Made by a program: the position numbers and the translations under genes. This document shows positions 26,550 to 38,640 of a DNA stretch of 64,000 bases, one piece after another; positions within the stretch are counted from its first letter, which is position 1; each line of letters starts with the position of its first letter. Location of the stretch: positions 37,758,001 to 37,822,000 of the forward strand of contig CM060732.1 in NCBI GenBank assembly GCA_030704615.1, written 5' to 3'. Source of the stretch: Takakia lepidozioides (lineage: Eukaryota > Plantae > Bryophyta). The notes under the pieces are model-generated. The model ran no database searches. It was not told where the DNA came from and saw nothing but the letters and a program-made list of their open reading frames with translations.

Positions 26550-28320
26550 TTGAGTGCGTCAACACACTCACTTTTCGTAACCTCTCCACAGCCAAAAATC
26601 AAACAAGCACAGACAGATTACCTTCAGTCATTTTTTAGGAGCACTCGCCAATGCATCTCCTTCTTCTCTTTCTTCTCGAAAGAGGCGGATGACAATGGTT
26701 TTGCAGTTGTGCAAGAACATGTCCTAGCAACACGCTTTCAACTCGACAATGGCACTATCTTCCTCGAGAGAGAGATGTACAGTGTTGTCGGGAAGTTGGT
26801 CAAATATGCATTCCAAAAACCTGATGAAATTGCGTATATTAGTCAGTGGAGAGTTCCTCCAGGAAGATACAGGGTCCTCGGAGCTCCCTACCGGCAGTCC
26901 GTTGGCTCATATATCACACAGGGAACTGCAGCTTCGGTGGTTCAAGACAAAAAGGATGTGGTGGTGAAAATGGAGACAACAACCTCCACCCCAATCGTTG
27001 AGCTCTCGGACTCGTCGGAGGAGGACGTCTTTGAATTTCCATCTGTGGTGCATCCACCATTAGTTGTAGAAATGGAAGTTAAAGACATCTGCAGTATTAT
27101 TCCAAAGCTGAAGTCAATGGGAGGGATGGCCGGTTTCAAGAGTGAATTATGGGGAATTGACTGGGACACTTTCAATATTGAACGTGTCGAGTTCTTGCCG
27201 GAGACATTTGATGGGGATATCCTCTTTGTGCTGCCTCCACCTGGGCGAGTTGGAGCTATTTCCAGTCTAATGCAAGGCAAATGGACACCCATGGTGTAAA
27301 ATAAAACATCCAATATTCAAAATCATGACAACCTCGTATTCAAGATAACGGTTTGCAATGGGCACGTGAGGTGCGAGAATTTGAATGGCAGACATTTCCT
27401 TCTCCTTGGAGTTCAGAACCAGGGCGAATGGAAGGGTGTCACGGACAACCCATTCAAGCCTAGGGAAAGACCTCCAAGCACCAACCCATTCTGCAGATCA
27501 ACACATTGTCCATTGAGGAGATGGCGGACATGCCATCTTGCAATCTGGCGGAGATAGTGCACAATGCATGATTGCAATAATCTGGAAAATAAGGAAGAGA
27601 TTCGTATGTGGTGACGGCCGATGATCTGACACGTGCTCTGCAGCAACAAACCAAATACCAGGAGTTCTTGCGGGGTGGGGTTGGTGGCAAGGGTCTCGAC
27701 AAGAGTAAGTTGATGTTGCGAGCTGTAGGAAGGTTGGAGGATCCGACCAAGATAGCTGGGGCGGTCAGCATGTGTGCCGATGTAACCCCTCTCGTGTCTT
27801 GTGTTCCGCATCTGAAAGGCGAGGAGAGATTCGGCTCTTGTAAGCGAAATTGAACACCCCTCCTGGTCCAGGGACCGGACAACTTTTCCATGCCGCGTGT
27901 TTCCTTCCATCAAAGATCAATTTCCAGAACGTCCACTACGGAGGAACCTTTGTCACAGCGCCAAACCCCTACATCTCCCACTATCAATGTAATGGTACTG
28001 CGGGAGAAGAACATGCTCCCCAATGTGATGGAGTCCATGTGCCCCGATGACATTTGGTGCTGGGTCTCAAGTGAAATGTTCGGTGCTCTGGGCCACCACA
28101 TTTGAAAAGTGCACGTCATTCATATCCAGAGCTAGTGCATGGACTTTGCCTCCGACTTTCTCTGGTTTGTTTTGCCCATACGGGAAAACAGAGGCAAAGA
28201 ACCACAAATTATGGTTATGCGCTGACGACTGTGGTAGATGCGTGTGTGGGACTGTGCGACCATTGGTGGTCATGAAACCTTCTCCACCAAGCGTTTGGTT
28301 TGTGAAGATGAGGACAGAAG
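26550..28320 (+). pseudogene. Degraded, internally deleted DNA-transposon (Mutator-like) transposase with a Cys/His-rich N-terminal DNA-binding region
   Basis: Broken frames read VEFLPETFDGDILFVLPP...WCKIKTSNIQN...CNGHVRCEN, then MPSCNLAEIVHNA*...VVTADDLTRAL, PHLKGEERFGSCKR and WLCADDCGRCV, with several stops and frameshifts. The family assignment is recalled resemblance only. Confidence 0.5.
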
Positions 28321-29906
28321 TCGCGCACCTCACTTCGGTAAACTCCCCCTTCAAGTCATAGTTACTCGCTTTGATGCGCGCGCCTAACTCCCAACCTGGC
28401 CGCCGGGCCAACTCGGAGCTTCGGCTGCTCACCGGGACATAACGGTCCCCCTTTCTTTCCCCAACAAACCCTCCACCGATTTGGGAAATTCCCTTTTGGT
28501 AGATGGCAGTCCGGAATAGCTCCCCACTCCTTGGTCGCTTTCCGGCTCGCTCGCTTACTCACTAGTTTTTGGTCACCAACGGGCTTGCACCGTTCTCGGG
28601 GTTACTACTCCCTGTATATACTTCTATGACTGTCCGTTGGGGTTTCACAAACAACCATGCCATTTTATGGCGAACCACCACGAAGACCCTCAATTCTCGG
28701 TGATGAGTCGCGGTGAGTCTTGGCCTACCCACCACGGCCCCATTGGATCGTGGTGATTCCCAAGACTCCCCATGACTCCCACCACCAGGTCTCCGCCCCA
28801 TGGTGAGTCCTATGCCACCCCCACTAAGCCCCACTAACCTACCACCACCCCCTTGTGGAGCCACCTCCACCGCAACCCAGTGTGCGGGGCTCCACCTAGT
28901 GAGCGCCTCCGCCTCCTTGAGTGCCTTGGGCACTCAAGGGTGCTGCAGCCCCCCGTACCTATTGCTGCCACCGCCCCCACCACAGGGGCAGCCCCTTTGC
29001 GTCCCGACCCCCTGCCCTCAAGGCAAAGGGCCGCGACACACACCCCTACCAACAGGGAGTCGATGTCCTTATCGACTTGTCCATTTTGTAGAAACGAACA
29101 TCCAAGTTGTGGCGTCCCACATCAAGGAGTTTGTTTCCGCACCATGGCGTCCAATGGCTAAGAACCAAACCCCCACTTGACTCTACTCTCCACTAGCTAG
29201 TTCGGCCGACTTCCTCCAAGTCAACGCCAAGGGTGGGGCCTCTCAAGCTCCTCCCAGTGCACTCTTCTTGGCCTACTTCAAGGCCAAGGAACGATCCTCC
29301 CTGAGGATCGAATCGCCTTACTGCAACAACATTGCTTGCGACCGCTCATGATGCCGCTTTTGGCATCACCTTGAGCAAGGGTTCACCTTGAACCCTTTTT
29401 GACTAGGAAGATAACCTTGAACCAACCGTGCGCCCCAATTACTACAATTGGGTCCGCCTTGGAATGATGGCCTGAGGTACGGGATCACGCCGAAGCTGCA
29501 CTACGGCTTCGTCCTGAGGCTACACGATTATAGTACGTGAACAGAAGCACGTCTTCCGCGTTAGCCCGCACTACAAAGCAACCCCCTCGGTAGCGCAGTT
29601 ATAGTACGCGCACGCGCCAGGTGCGCACTAGCACGTGAACTCCTAAAGAAGGTGCAAGTTTCCTTGTCCCTTGGATGGGAGTCACCCGATTTCGGCACTG
29701 CACAAACACACGATTAACCCAATTTACCTCTCCCACTTTTGTGAGCTAGTATGCATTCTACACACTAGCCAACCATACCATGCATCACCATTCCAAACAA
29801 AATAGGAAGCACAACATTTGGGAACCATTTCATTTATACCAAAATTTGTACAATACAAGTTTTTGCAATCGGATTCCTGAGCTAGCTAAGCCGGGCTAAG
29901 CATGCA
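28320..29906 (-). mobile_element. Probable 3' LTR of the chromoviral Ty3/Gypsy element
   Basis: On the minus strand a polypurine tract GGGGGAGGAAA (29917-29907), just after the pol end, is followed by TG. The distal boundary is approximate, placed where transposase homology resumes. Confidence 0.5.
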
Positions 29907-29940
29907 TTTCCTCCCCCACGCTCCAAGGTTGATGTCCCCA

Positions 29941-30736
29941 TCAACGTTTCTTCCACTTTTGAGGTCGCCCTTCGAAAGCTGCAACCGCCTCGGATGCGTT
30001 CCCCATTTCTGAGGCACGCACCCAAGATGCCTCCACATGATGATAACCCTTACTCCGTTTCTTGATTCTTGAACCTCCTCGACTTAAGCACTGTCTCCAC
30101 CTCGTACTCATGTTCATTTTCATGATCTAACAGCACAGGTGGCGGACGCAACACTTGAGGCCGATTCGGACGCGCTTCATCTTTGAAGTAAGGCTTAAAA
30201 AGGGAGACGTGGAATACCGGATGCACTTTGCTGTTTGGCGGCAGCTCCAACTCATACACGTCCTCATTCATAACCTTCCAGATGCGAAATGGTCCCGCAT
30301 ACGGAGGTACGAACTTCGGACTCACTTCCGGAGGTAGTCGAAAATTCTTGATGTTCAACCAGACCTCCGTGCCTGCCTCAAACTTGACTTCCCTCCGTTT
30401 CCGATTTGCTTGTCGTTCATACCGTTTCCTAGCTTTGGCGATGTTGTACTTTGCGAGCTTCAACAAGCGCTCGCGTTCCTCCAACACCGCTGTTGCTGCC
30501 GGTTCCTCTACGTCTTGGGCGGCCCAACTTGTCGGCACTAGAGGTGCTTTTCCATAGACCAATACGAAAGGGAAAACACCCGTTGCGGAGTGTTTTGTGT
30601 TATTATAACAGAACTCTGTCGCGTCCAAGTGCTTCACCCAGTCCGATTGGTCCGCCGACACATAATTCCGCAAGATCTGTTTCACTACGGAATTCACCCT
30701 TTCTGTTAGGCCGTCTGTTGTAGGTCGGAAGGCGGT
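29941..30736 (-). mobile_element. Chromovirus (Ty3/Gypsy) integrase C-terminus plus chromodomain
   Basis: TAFRPTTDGLTERVNS, FCYNNTKHSATG, GPF/Y motif (PYAGPFRI) and VHPVFHVSL are present. The chromodomain YEVETVL.../KGYHHVEASWV...AVAAF is split by a frameshift. Confidence 0.92.
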
Positions 30737-32579
30737 TGTTAAGTTATTTTACCACTAGTGTGAAACTAGCTAGGAAATAGCTAGCTTTTACATATTGACA
30801 TTTGGGATTGGCCCAAGTGTCAATCCAGGGGTCAAGGTAGATTTAGGCCCTGGAGTGGTTATCTTCACGGCAAGCGCAGGAGGCTCATCTTTCTCAAGTT
30901 GAGCCTCACCGCGCCTAGCTATGGCGCCGTAGTGTGGATTCCCCATGGCGTGGGGTGCACTTGGCTTGACTTGTATTTGAGTGATGACATGAGTTTATGC
31001 TTCAGCTTTGTGAGCTCGCATGAGCTTGTGCTTGTATTCTTCTTCTTTATCACTCGAGAAAGATCAGCTCGTATCTATGAGTGTCAGATACGAGTTAGTT
31101 GTAGCACTTGTGGTTTTTGCTTGAGAATGAGAGAAACCAGGTTGTTATGCAATGAGCACCGTGGAGCTCTTGGTTGTTAGAAGCGGAGGCGATGTGGGTT
31201 ACGAGGTGGTAAACCTTGGCATTCGATCTTCAGCTTCAGAGATGAAAGCACCATACTGCAGGTAATTCCAGAGCACCTTGATGGTTTTAGATTGTGTACA
31301 TGCATGAGCAAGCACGATTGGGAAGAGGACCAGTCAAGAGCAGGTTATAGTGGCTTTGGTGGCAAAGCTGAGAACTAGACTTGGGAATGCGAGCTTTCAT
31401 TGTGTGAAGGATTGCAAGACCAAGCAAAAGGGCTGATTTGGCTTGGGGCAAATCAGTGCACTTTGTGGAGTATGTTGAGAGTGGGTTTCAATCTTGAGCT
31501 TCAGCATTGAGAGGGCTCTTGTCATGGCAAGAGCAGGGCTGGAACAGGATCTAAGAGGTGCGGCAAGGCCATTGAATGTGCACCTAGGGTTTCAGAGCTT
31601 GGAAGAAGAGCTCTTGCACCACAAAAGGAGTGTCTTGTGGCTGGAAATGTAAGCCTTAGGGTTTCAGGAGCTTGGCAAAGGCTGTGGAGTGCTTAGTCTT
31701 GTCTTAGGGAGCATCAAGGAGCCAAGGAGCCAAGATAGGGGGCTGATACCTCTTGTGTGAAGAGGTTGCATGTGTGGAGCATGTATTCAGCTCATTGAAG
31801 CTTCCATCTTCAAGCTTGGAGGGCAAGCAAGGAAGAGGGAAGGGCTGACTTCCCTTATGTGAGAGCAATGCATGTGTGGAGCATGCTTTCAGCCTGTTGA
31901 AGGTTTGTACTTTCAGGTTTGGGAGTGCAAGAAAGGAAGGAAGGGACTGGTTTCCCTGTAGGGCATGTGTGGAGCATGATTCCAGCCCGCTGAAGCGTGT
32001 AATTTTAGGTTGGTGGGTGCAAGAAAGAAAGCAAAGGGCTTATGCTCTGGTGGTGAGAGTGGGGCATGTGTGGAGCATGCCTTCAGTCCATTGGGCTTTT
32101 GTCTTCAAGCTTTAGAGAACTAGAAGAGAAGGTAAGGGGCTGATCTGCTCTTATGTGACAGTCCGACACTTGTAGAGCGTGTTTTGAGTTGGGGTTTCAA
32201 CCTCAAGCCTAGATAGAGCATGGCTCTTGAAGTGGCAGGTGTAGGGGGCTAGAATAGGCTCTAAGACAGATGTTATAGCCAAGGGAAGCGCTTGAATGAG
32301 TGCTCACAAGGGCTGGAAACCAGCAAGGCTTGGTTGTTTGCCATTGAGTTTAGTGGCGTGTTTGGGGAGTCTAAGTGAGAAAGAAGGCTTGGTTTGTGGC
32401 AACCATCTTCCTCATGGCTTAGAGCTACTATTGGTGGTGTGTGGGAGCCGAAAGAGCAAGAATACCTTGCTGATTTCTTCACAGCCGCCATAGCTCAGTG
32501 CAAAGAAGCCTAGAGTCCAAGAGACACAAACCCTAGCTTGGCGTGGCTAGACCCCTTGGAGAAATGGCTAAACTGTCCT

Positions 32580-33410
32580 GAGTGGCCTGTGGGGCTGTGA
32601 CGGGCTGTGACAGGCTGTGCCCTGTGGCCTGTGGGGCTATGACGGGCTGTGATGGGCTGTGACAGGCTGTGCCATGTGCCTGTGGGGCTATGACGGGCTG
32701 TGATGGGCTGTGACCGGCTGTGCCATGTGGCCTGTGGGGCTGTGACAGGCTGTGATGGGCTGTGACAGGCTGTGCCCTGTGGCCTGTTGGGCTATGACAG
32801 GCTGTGTGGGCTGTGACAGGCTGTGCCAGGCTGTGCCCTGTGGCCTGTGGGGCTGTGACAGGCTGTGCCAGGCTGTGCCATGTGGCCTGTGGGGCTGTGA
32901 CGGGCTGTGACAGGTTGTGGCGAGCTGTGACGGGTTGTGGGGAGCTGTGACGGGCTGTGGCGAGCTGTGACGGGCTGTGAGGGGTTGTGACAGGCTGTGG
33001 CGGGCTGTGACAGGCTAAGCCCAGTGGCCTGTGGGGCTATGAGGGGCTGTGAGGGGCTGTGACAGGCTGTGCCCTGTGGCCCTGTGGGGCTGTGACGGGC
33101 TTGTAACAGGCTGTGGCGAGCTGTGACGGGCTGTGAGGGGTTGTGACAGGCTGTGGCGGGCTGTGACAGGCTAAGCCCAGTGGCCTGTGGGGCTGTGAGG
33201 GGCTGTGCCCTATGGCCTGTGGGGCTGTGACGGGCTGTGGCGAGCTGTGACGGGCTGTGACGGGCTGTGGCCTGTGGCCTGTGGGGCTGTGATGGGCTGT
33301 GACGGGCTGTGACAGGCTGACTTTGGCCTGTGGGGCTGTGACAGGCTGTGAGGGGCTGTGGCCTTTGGGGCTGTGACCCCTGCGACCTGTGTAGGGCTGT
33401 GACAGACTGT
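32580..33410. repeat. ~830-bp G-rich minisatellite of ~10-bp units (GGGCTGTGAC / GGCCTGTGGG) in the retroelement 5' leader
   Basis: Dozens of GGCTGTG cores are directly visible, with higher-order duplications (e.g. ~32950-33037 and ~33113-33197). Confidence 0.97.
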
Positions 33411-33901
33411 GCGCCATGCTAGTTTTGTGTGGGCGCTTGTTTTTATAGGTGATTGGTCCGGATTTGATCACCGGCCAGTCCTAGAGTATGTTGTCGATGG
33501 TGAGGCTGGGGTGATGACCAGCCAGACCATCATTGTTTCTCCTGTGGTGAGGTTGGAGGTGATGACCAGCCAACCATAGGAGTGCTTGCGGTGGATGCAG
33601 GTACAGGTGTAGGCTATGTTAGGAACTTAGTATTCCAAACCATAAGCCGCAACAGGTTCTCTACCTGGTTACCTTGTGGAGAGGGGGTTAGGGTTCATGA
33701 CTGGTTGAGTGTCAACACGGAGGTGCCACTAGTTGCTGGGGACAGTGCCGGTTCGAGCACTAGCGATACTAGTGGATACACGAGACGAGGTGTGCGGTTT
33801 AGGCCAGCTTCACCTCATGTGTCTTCTACGGAAGGTTCTGATTCGGATTGTGAATCAGGAGGACTCATACCGGCGGTAAAAGTTGTTTCCTTGCCATTGT
33901 T

Positions 33902-35110
33902 GTGGGACACAATGGAGGAGATGTATGGAGCTACCAAGGGCCACGAAGGTACTCTGGGGCGGTGGGCACCATCAAGTTGGATGATTTTATCCAAGAGTTT
34001 GATAGTTGGTGTGATTTGCAGCAAATGCGCAATCCACAACTATTTACGCCTTTCATGGCATGGAAGGGGCTGTTTCAACACCTTGAGGGGCCGCCTATGG
34101 ATGATTACCATGAGTTCAGGCGGGGGCATGAGGTTGAGATCGAGGAGTGGAGGATGTACTGGTCACCCGACTATGTCTCCATCACTAGGGGCACTAGAGC
34201 ATGAGGGCAGTGGCTACACCTGCCGCTGCACCGGCAGCTTCAGCAAGTAGCAGAGGGACTAGTGGGACTGGTGGTACAGTAGCTACGACGTCCACCCAAG
34301 CCACTACCGCACCAGCACCCGTGCCTGCCTTCAATCTTGTTGTGGAGTTCTTCGAAGAGTTGAGAGGGAACTACCAAGGGGTGAGGACAGAGAAGTTGCG
34401 GAGCTTGCAAGAGTTCCAACGGAAGCCGACCGAGAGCTTGAGGGAGGCTTTCACTCGCATGAGGCGCTTGATAAATGTAACCCAAGGGGTTACGGAAGCT
34501 TAGGCAGTCCAATTCTGGTATGGGATATTGGACAAGGAGCTGAGGAGAAGGGTGCGGGATGCAACTCTCCTACAAGCGGCCCAACCCACCTTAGCAAATG
34601 TGTTTTTGCTGGCAGAGCGGATAGAGCTTAACAAGGTGGAGGAACGAGTGATCATGGTGGGATTTGCTAAGGAGACACCACGGGGTAGTGGTGCTCCTAG
34701 CCAACCACTACCCTAGCCAACGTGCTCAAGGCAACAAGGGGGCTCAGGTGAAGCTCAGGGAAGGGCAGAGAGGACCTCAGATGCAGGGGTCTCTCCCTTC
34801 ATTTGCTGGCCAACAACGGGCGGATATGGTGTGCTGGACATGTGGAGGACCCCATATCAAGAAGGATTGCCCAGAGGGAGGCAAAGGGCCGGTACATGCA
34901 TAGCCTGCACAGTTGCAGTGTGGGCATTGTGGCAAGCATAGGCATGGAGAGGCCCAGTGTTATGACTTGCATCCTGAGTTGCGCCCAGACCAGTTCCAAG
35001 GGAACAATGGTGGCCGGGGGCGAGGTGGACCAGCCCAGAGAGGACGAGGTGGCCGGGCACGAGGTGTAGGCCAAGGGCAAGCTCAACATGGCCAAGGACG
35101 CGGAGGTTAG
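33902..35110 (+). pseudogene. Retrotransposon gag with two zinc knuckles
   Basis: GTIKLDDFIQEFDSWC and LQEFQRKPTESLREAFTRMRRL (gag core), then CWTCGGPHIKKDC and CGHCGKHRHGEAQC. In-frame stops occur, e.g. at 34501. Confidence 0.85.
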
Positions 35111-35829
35111 GATGTTGACCAAGGCATGGCCAACCGGCTTCAGCAGCTAGAGCAGAGGCTCGCTGCCATGGCTACAGCTCAGGTGGTACCGGCTCCCAAG
35201 CAGGATGGTCCACCTCCTGCTCCTGAGGGAGGAGATATGGGAGGCATGGGATTCATGTGCAGAACAACACTACCATTAGAGCAGGTGGAGTCTGCTGCAG
35301 TCGTGACTCGAGGAGCAGCACGAGTTCCTGAGCCACAAGGTGCAGAGGTGGAATCGGATCCACAGCGAGGGGAGGCAAGCCGTCAGGCGAGGCTTCCTCA
35401 ATCATTCACATTGGCGGAGACAGTGTCGACGCCATCCATGGCACCTAGTTCTCGCCCGACTGTTACCGAGGCGGAGGTTACTATGCCATTGGGGAGAGCT
35501 ACACGGGTAGCACCACTACCTAGTGTTGCCAAGGCTACGACAGCTAGTGTGCTGCTAGAAGCGGCCACATCTGTGTGCCAGGCTCCATTGTTCTCGGCTA
35601 CCATGATTGCGACGCCGGGGGTAAGACCAGCTGAGGTGTTCAGGCTGGCAGCTACACTCTGTGAGAGTGGGGAGGTTACTTCATCTTCTACGGAGATAGT
35701 GGGAGGTGTAGTGCCGGAGGGATCCTCGGATTTGAGGGTCAAGACTGCCATGGCGGCACCATGGCAAGTTGCAGCTGCCAGGTTGATGGAGCTACCAGCT
35801 AGGCCAGCCATTGAGCGCGCCATGGTGAC

Positions 35830-36300
35830 ACCTGGAGTTGTCATGTTAGACAACCAGGATGGCATTTTCTGTTTGAGTGGACCGGCAGGCAAGAGGTACC
35901 GGCCACTGCGGGTCTTGTTGGACTCGGGAGCTCAGCCATTGATGCTGGGCAGAGCTGCTATTGCAGGCTAGGGCCTCACGGAGGCGGATATGGAGCCTTG
36001 TCTTTTCCAGATACAGACGTCTCTAGGAGGATCGGAGCAGGCTCGGGGCATGACACGGCGTGAGTTGGCTATCAGACTACGGCCGGATCACCCTATAGAT
36101 GGCTCAGTGATGCGAGCCAAGGCCATTGTGACAGACGCGGTCTCATAGATGTCCTGGTTGGTGGGGCAGTGCTGTACCCCATGGGCTTCACCCTGGATTT
36201 TTGGGAGGAGTCAACTTCCTATAGGCCTGCATGGCAGTCAGGGGAGGGCCGGCGTGTGCACCTCCCTGTGACGTTCATAGGAGGAGTTACGGTTGCCCAA
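35830..36300 (+). pseudogene. Retropepsin-like aspartic protease
   Basis: Catalytic motif VLLDSGAQPLMLG at ~35911-35950, and YDVLVGGAVLYPMG after a 1-nt frameshift at ~36147. Confidence 0.8.
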
Positions 36301-36629
36301 CGAGGCAAGATGCCGACACTAGCAGCATTCACATCGGCAGTGAGTTGGCCTAGAGAGTTGCTTGAGGGCAACGCTCATTCAGAGGATGTACCACCTCCGG
36401 GAGAGCCTGATGACATGTATGGTATGGCAGAGTTGCCTAGCATGGTTGCTCAGATTCCATTGTGGGGCACGAGCAAGGATTTGCTGCGGGATGCTGATCG
36501 ACGGGTGCAACAAGCCTAGGTGGAGGCTTTTGTACCGTCAGGAGAGGAGGAGAGTGCGGGGATTGCACCAGGACCACCTCAGTTGTCTCCATTGGACACC
36601 ACACCTATTGTGTGGCAGTATCCGGATGA

Positions 36630-37600
36630 AGACATTTGTCTTCTGGACTTGTTTGGCGGGATCAGCACCGGATTGGCTGCTGTGTTACAGGCAGGTGTAC
36701 GAGTTCGGCGTTACCTGTATGTGGAGAGGGATGAGACTGCACGACCCATTTCACTTCGTCATGTTGCTCAGTTGGTGCAGCGGTACCCTGAGTTGTTGTC
36801 GATGTCTGCAATTTGTGGATATCAGCAGGCCTTGTCAGCAGACATTTCGTTGCTGGGGGCGCAGGATTTGGAGCGGGTTGGCTCCATTGATCTGGTAGTG
36901 GCTGCCAAGGGCATTCATCAGCCGGGCATGGCAATGGATTGCGAGACTCGAGGTCGGGTCTATTTTGGGAGATGGTGCGGGTTTTGCGCCACTTGCAGCT
37001 TCATCAAGCTGTATTTCCAGCATACATCTTGGAGAATGTGCCACTGATGGGCGATTCTCGGACCAGGGAAATGGCCAGTGTGCATCAAGTCTGGTCGTGG
37101 CTTGGGTCAGCAGTGTTGCTAGATGCAGCTACAGTGGGGTCACGGGCTCATCGTCCGTGGCTATGGTGGACTAACTTGATGCCACCCGCACTGCTCAAGC
37201 GTGCATTTGATGGGGTGCAGCGGCCAGCACATCTCACAGTGGATAGCATTCTGGACACAGGGAGGCAGTCTCAGCGTGTGAGACACGATGACCGTTCGCC
37301 TTTGGCAGTGGTCAACAAGATGGGTCAACCACGAGCAGCATTACCTACACTGCTCAGCTTCCCAGGATCGCATGCTTTCCGGGATAGTGGACCTGGCCTC
37401 CTGTGGGATGATCAGTTGCAGCAGTTAGTGGAGCCTAATGCTGACGAGCATGTGCGGGCAATGGGTTTTACCACTGGTACCACGACGGTGTCGTCTCTTT
37501 CTGAGGCATCACGTTGTCAAGTGTTGGGGCAAGCAATGGATCTCAATTGCTTGACCTGGATTATCAGCTTGGCTATGGCTGAGCAACGCAGAGTGCGGAG
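36630..37600 (+). pseudogene. DNMT3-like C5 cytosine DNA methyltransferase domain within the retrotransposon pol
   Basis: Motif I LLDLFGGISTG (~36640), II YLYVERD, IV IDLVVA/CQGHS (a short deletion at ~36902 removes the expected GWP and shifts the frame), VI ILENV (37032-37040), VIII LLDAATVGSRAHRPWLWWTNL, IX EPNADEHVRAMGF and X VLGQAMD are all present in canonical, non-permuted order. Confidence 0.93.
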
Positions 37601-37999
37601 TACACTTCCCTCGATGGTCTCTCTGCCTACCGAGACGGTATAGGCAGTGAGTGGGGGCGAGCATGTGAGGACCACGGGGTGCAGACATCCATGGCACACG
37701 TGGGAGGTGCTCGAGGTTCAGATGGAGTTGGCAGCCAAGGTGGCGATGAAAGATGAGGTTGGGGATTTTTCTCGGGTGGAGGAAGTCCTTGAGGATGAGA
37801 TGATGGGGCAGGATGAGGCCTTGTCACTGACTGAGTAGGTAGGGAGTACTGCTCAAGAGGTTGTAACATAGCAACCACTGGACGCGTCCTCAACCTCTAA
37901 GCCCACTGGACTTAAGGTTGCAGTTACGGAGGACAATTGGGAGCCTGACATTGGACCCATTGTCACCGGAGGAGAGAGACGACGTATACGGCGGTTCCT

Positions 38000-38640
38000 G
38001 AGGGCTTACAGGAATTGCTTTGCCTTCAGTTTGAAGGACTTGGGAGCACTGAAGGGTCAAGAGATCCGTATTGAGTTGGCCACTGACACGCCAATCTTTC
38101 GGAGACCCTATAGATACAGTGACATGGAGAGGTCTTTGATTCAGATGAGGACTCAAGATCTCTGGGAGGCAAGTTTGGTGGAGCTCTCTAGTGGAGAGTA
38201 TGCTTCAGCCACAAGAGGCCATTGCACAAATTCCACGCCCCACGGATGTGAGCCGAGTTCGAGCTTTCATGGGGTTATCAAACTATTATAGACGGTTTGT
38301 CAAGGGATTTAATACCATTGCAAAGGCTCTAACCAAGTTGACCAAGGTGGACCAGGAGTGGCAGTGAGAAGATAAGCAGGAACGAGCTTTTCAAGAGCTC
38401 AAGGTGAGGTTGACCTCGACGCCTATCCTGAGACGACCTATCAGGGGGCATCCCTTTCAGCTGCATACGGATTGGAGCATGTTGGGGCTTGTCACGGATC
38501 ACCAGCCACTCAAGTGGTTGATGGAGTCAGACAAGCTTACGGGGAAGCTTGCACGGTGGGCACTCATCCTCCAGGAGTATGACTTTCAGATTGTGCATCG
38601 ACCGGGTTTGGTCAATCGGGATGCGGATGGATTGAGTTGA
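38000..38640 (+). pseudogene. RT and RNase H remnants with internal deletions
   Basis: PIFRRPYRYS...SSGEYASAT jumps directly to RAFMGLSNYYRRFVKGF, so the YxDD core is missing. FQLHTDWS joins VTDHQPLKWL...KLARWALILQEYDF...ADGLS. Confidence 0.9.

Noticed and set aside
28562-29180. Pro/Gly-rich ORFs on both strands
   Set aside because: GC-rich probable LTR sequence with no domain signature.
33037-33471. 144-aa ORF with SQPVTAP repeats
   Set aside because: Antisense translation of the GGCTGTG minisatellite.
36630-37600. Host DRM/CMT/MET1 gene or bacterial restriction-modification contamination
   Set aside because: It has no introns or UBA/BAH/chromo domains and a non-permuted motif order. It is in frame with protease and RT, and the flanks are plant intron-containing genes.
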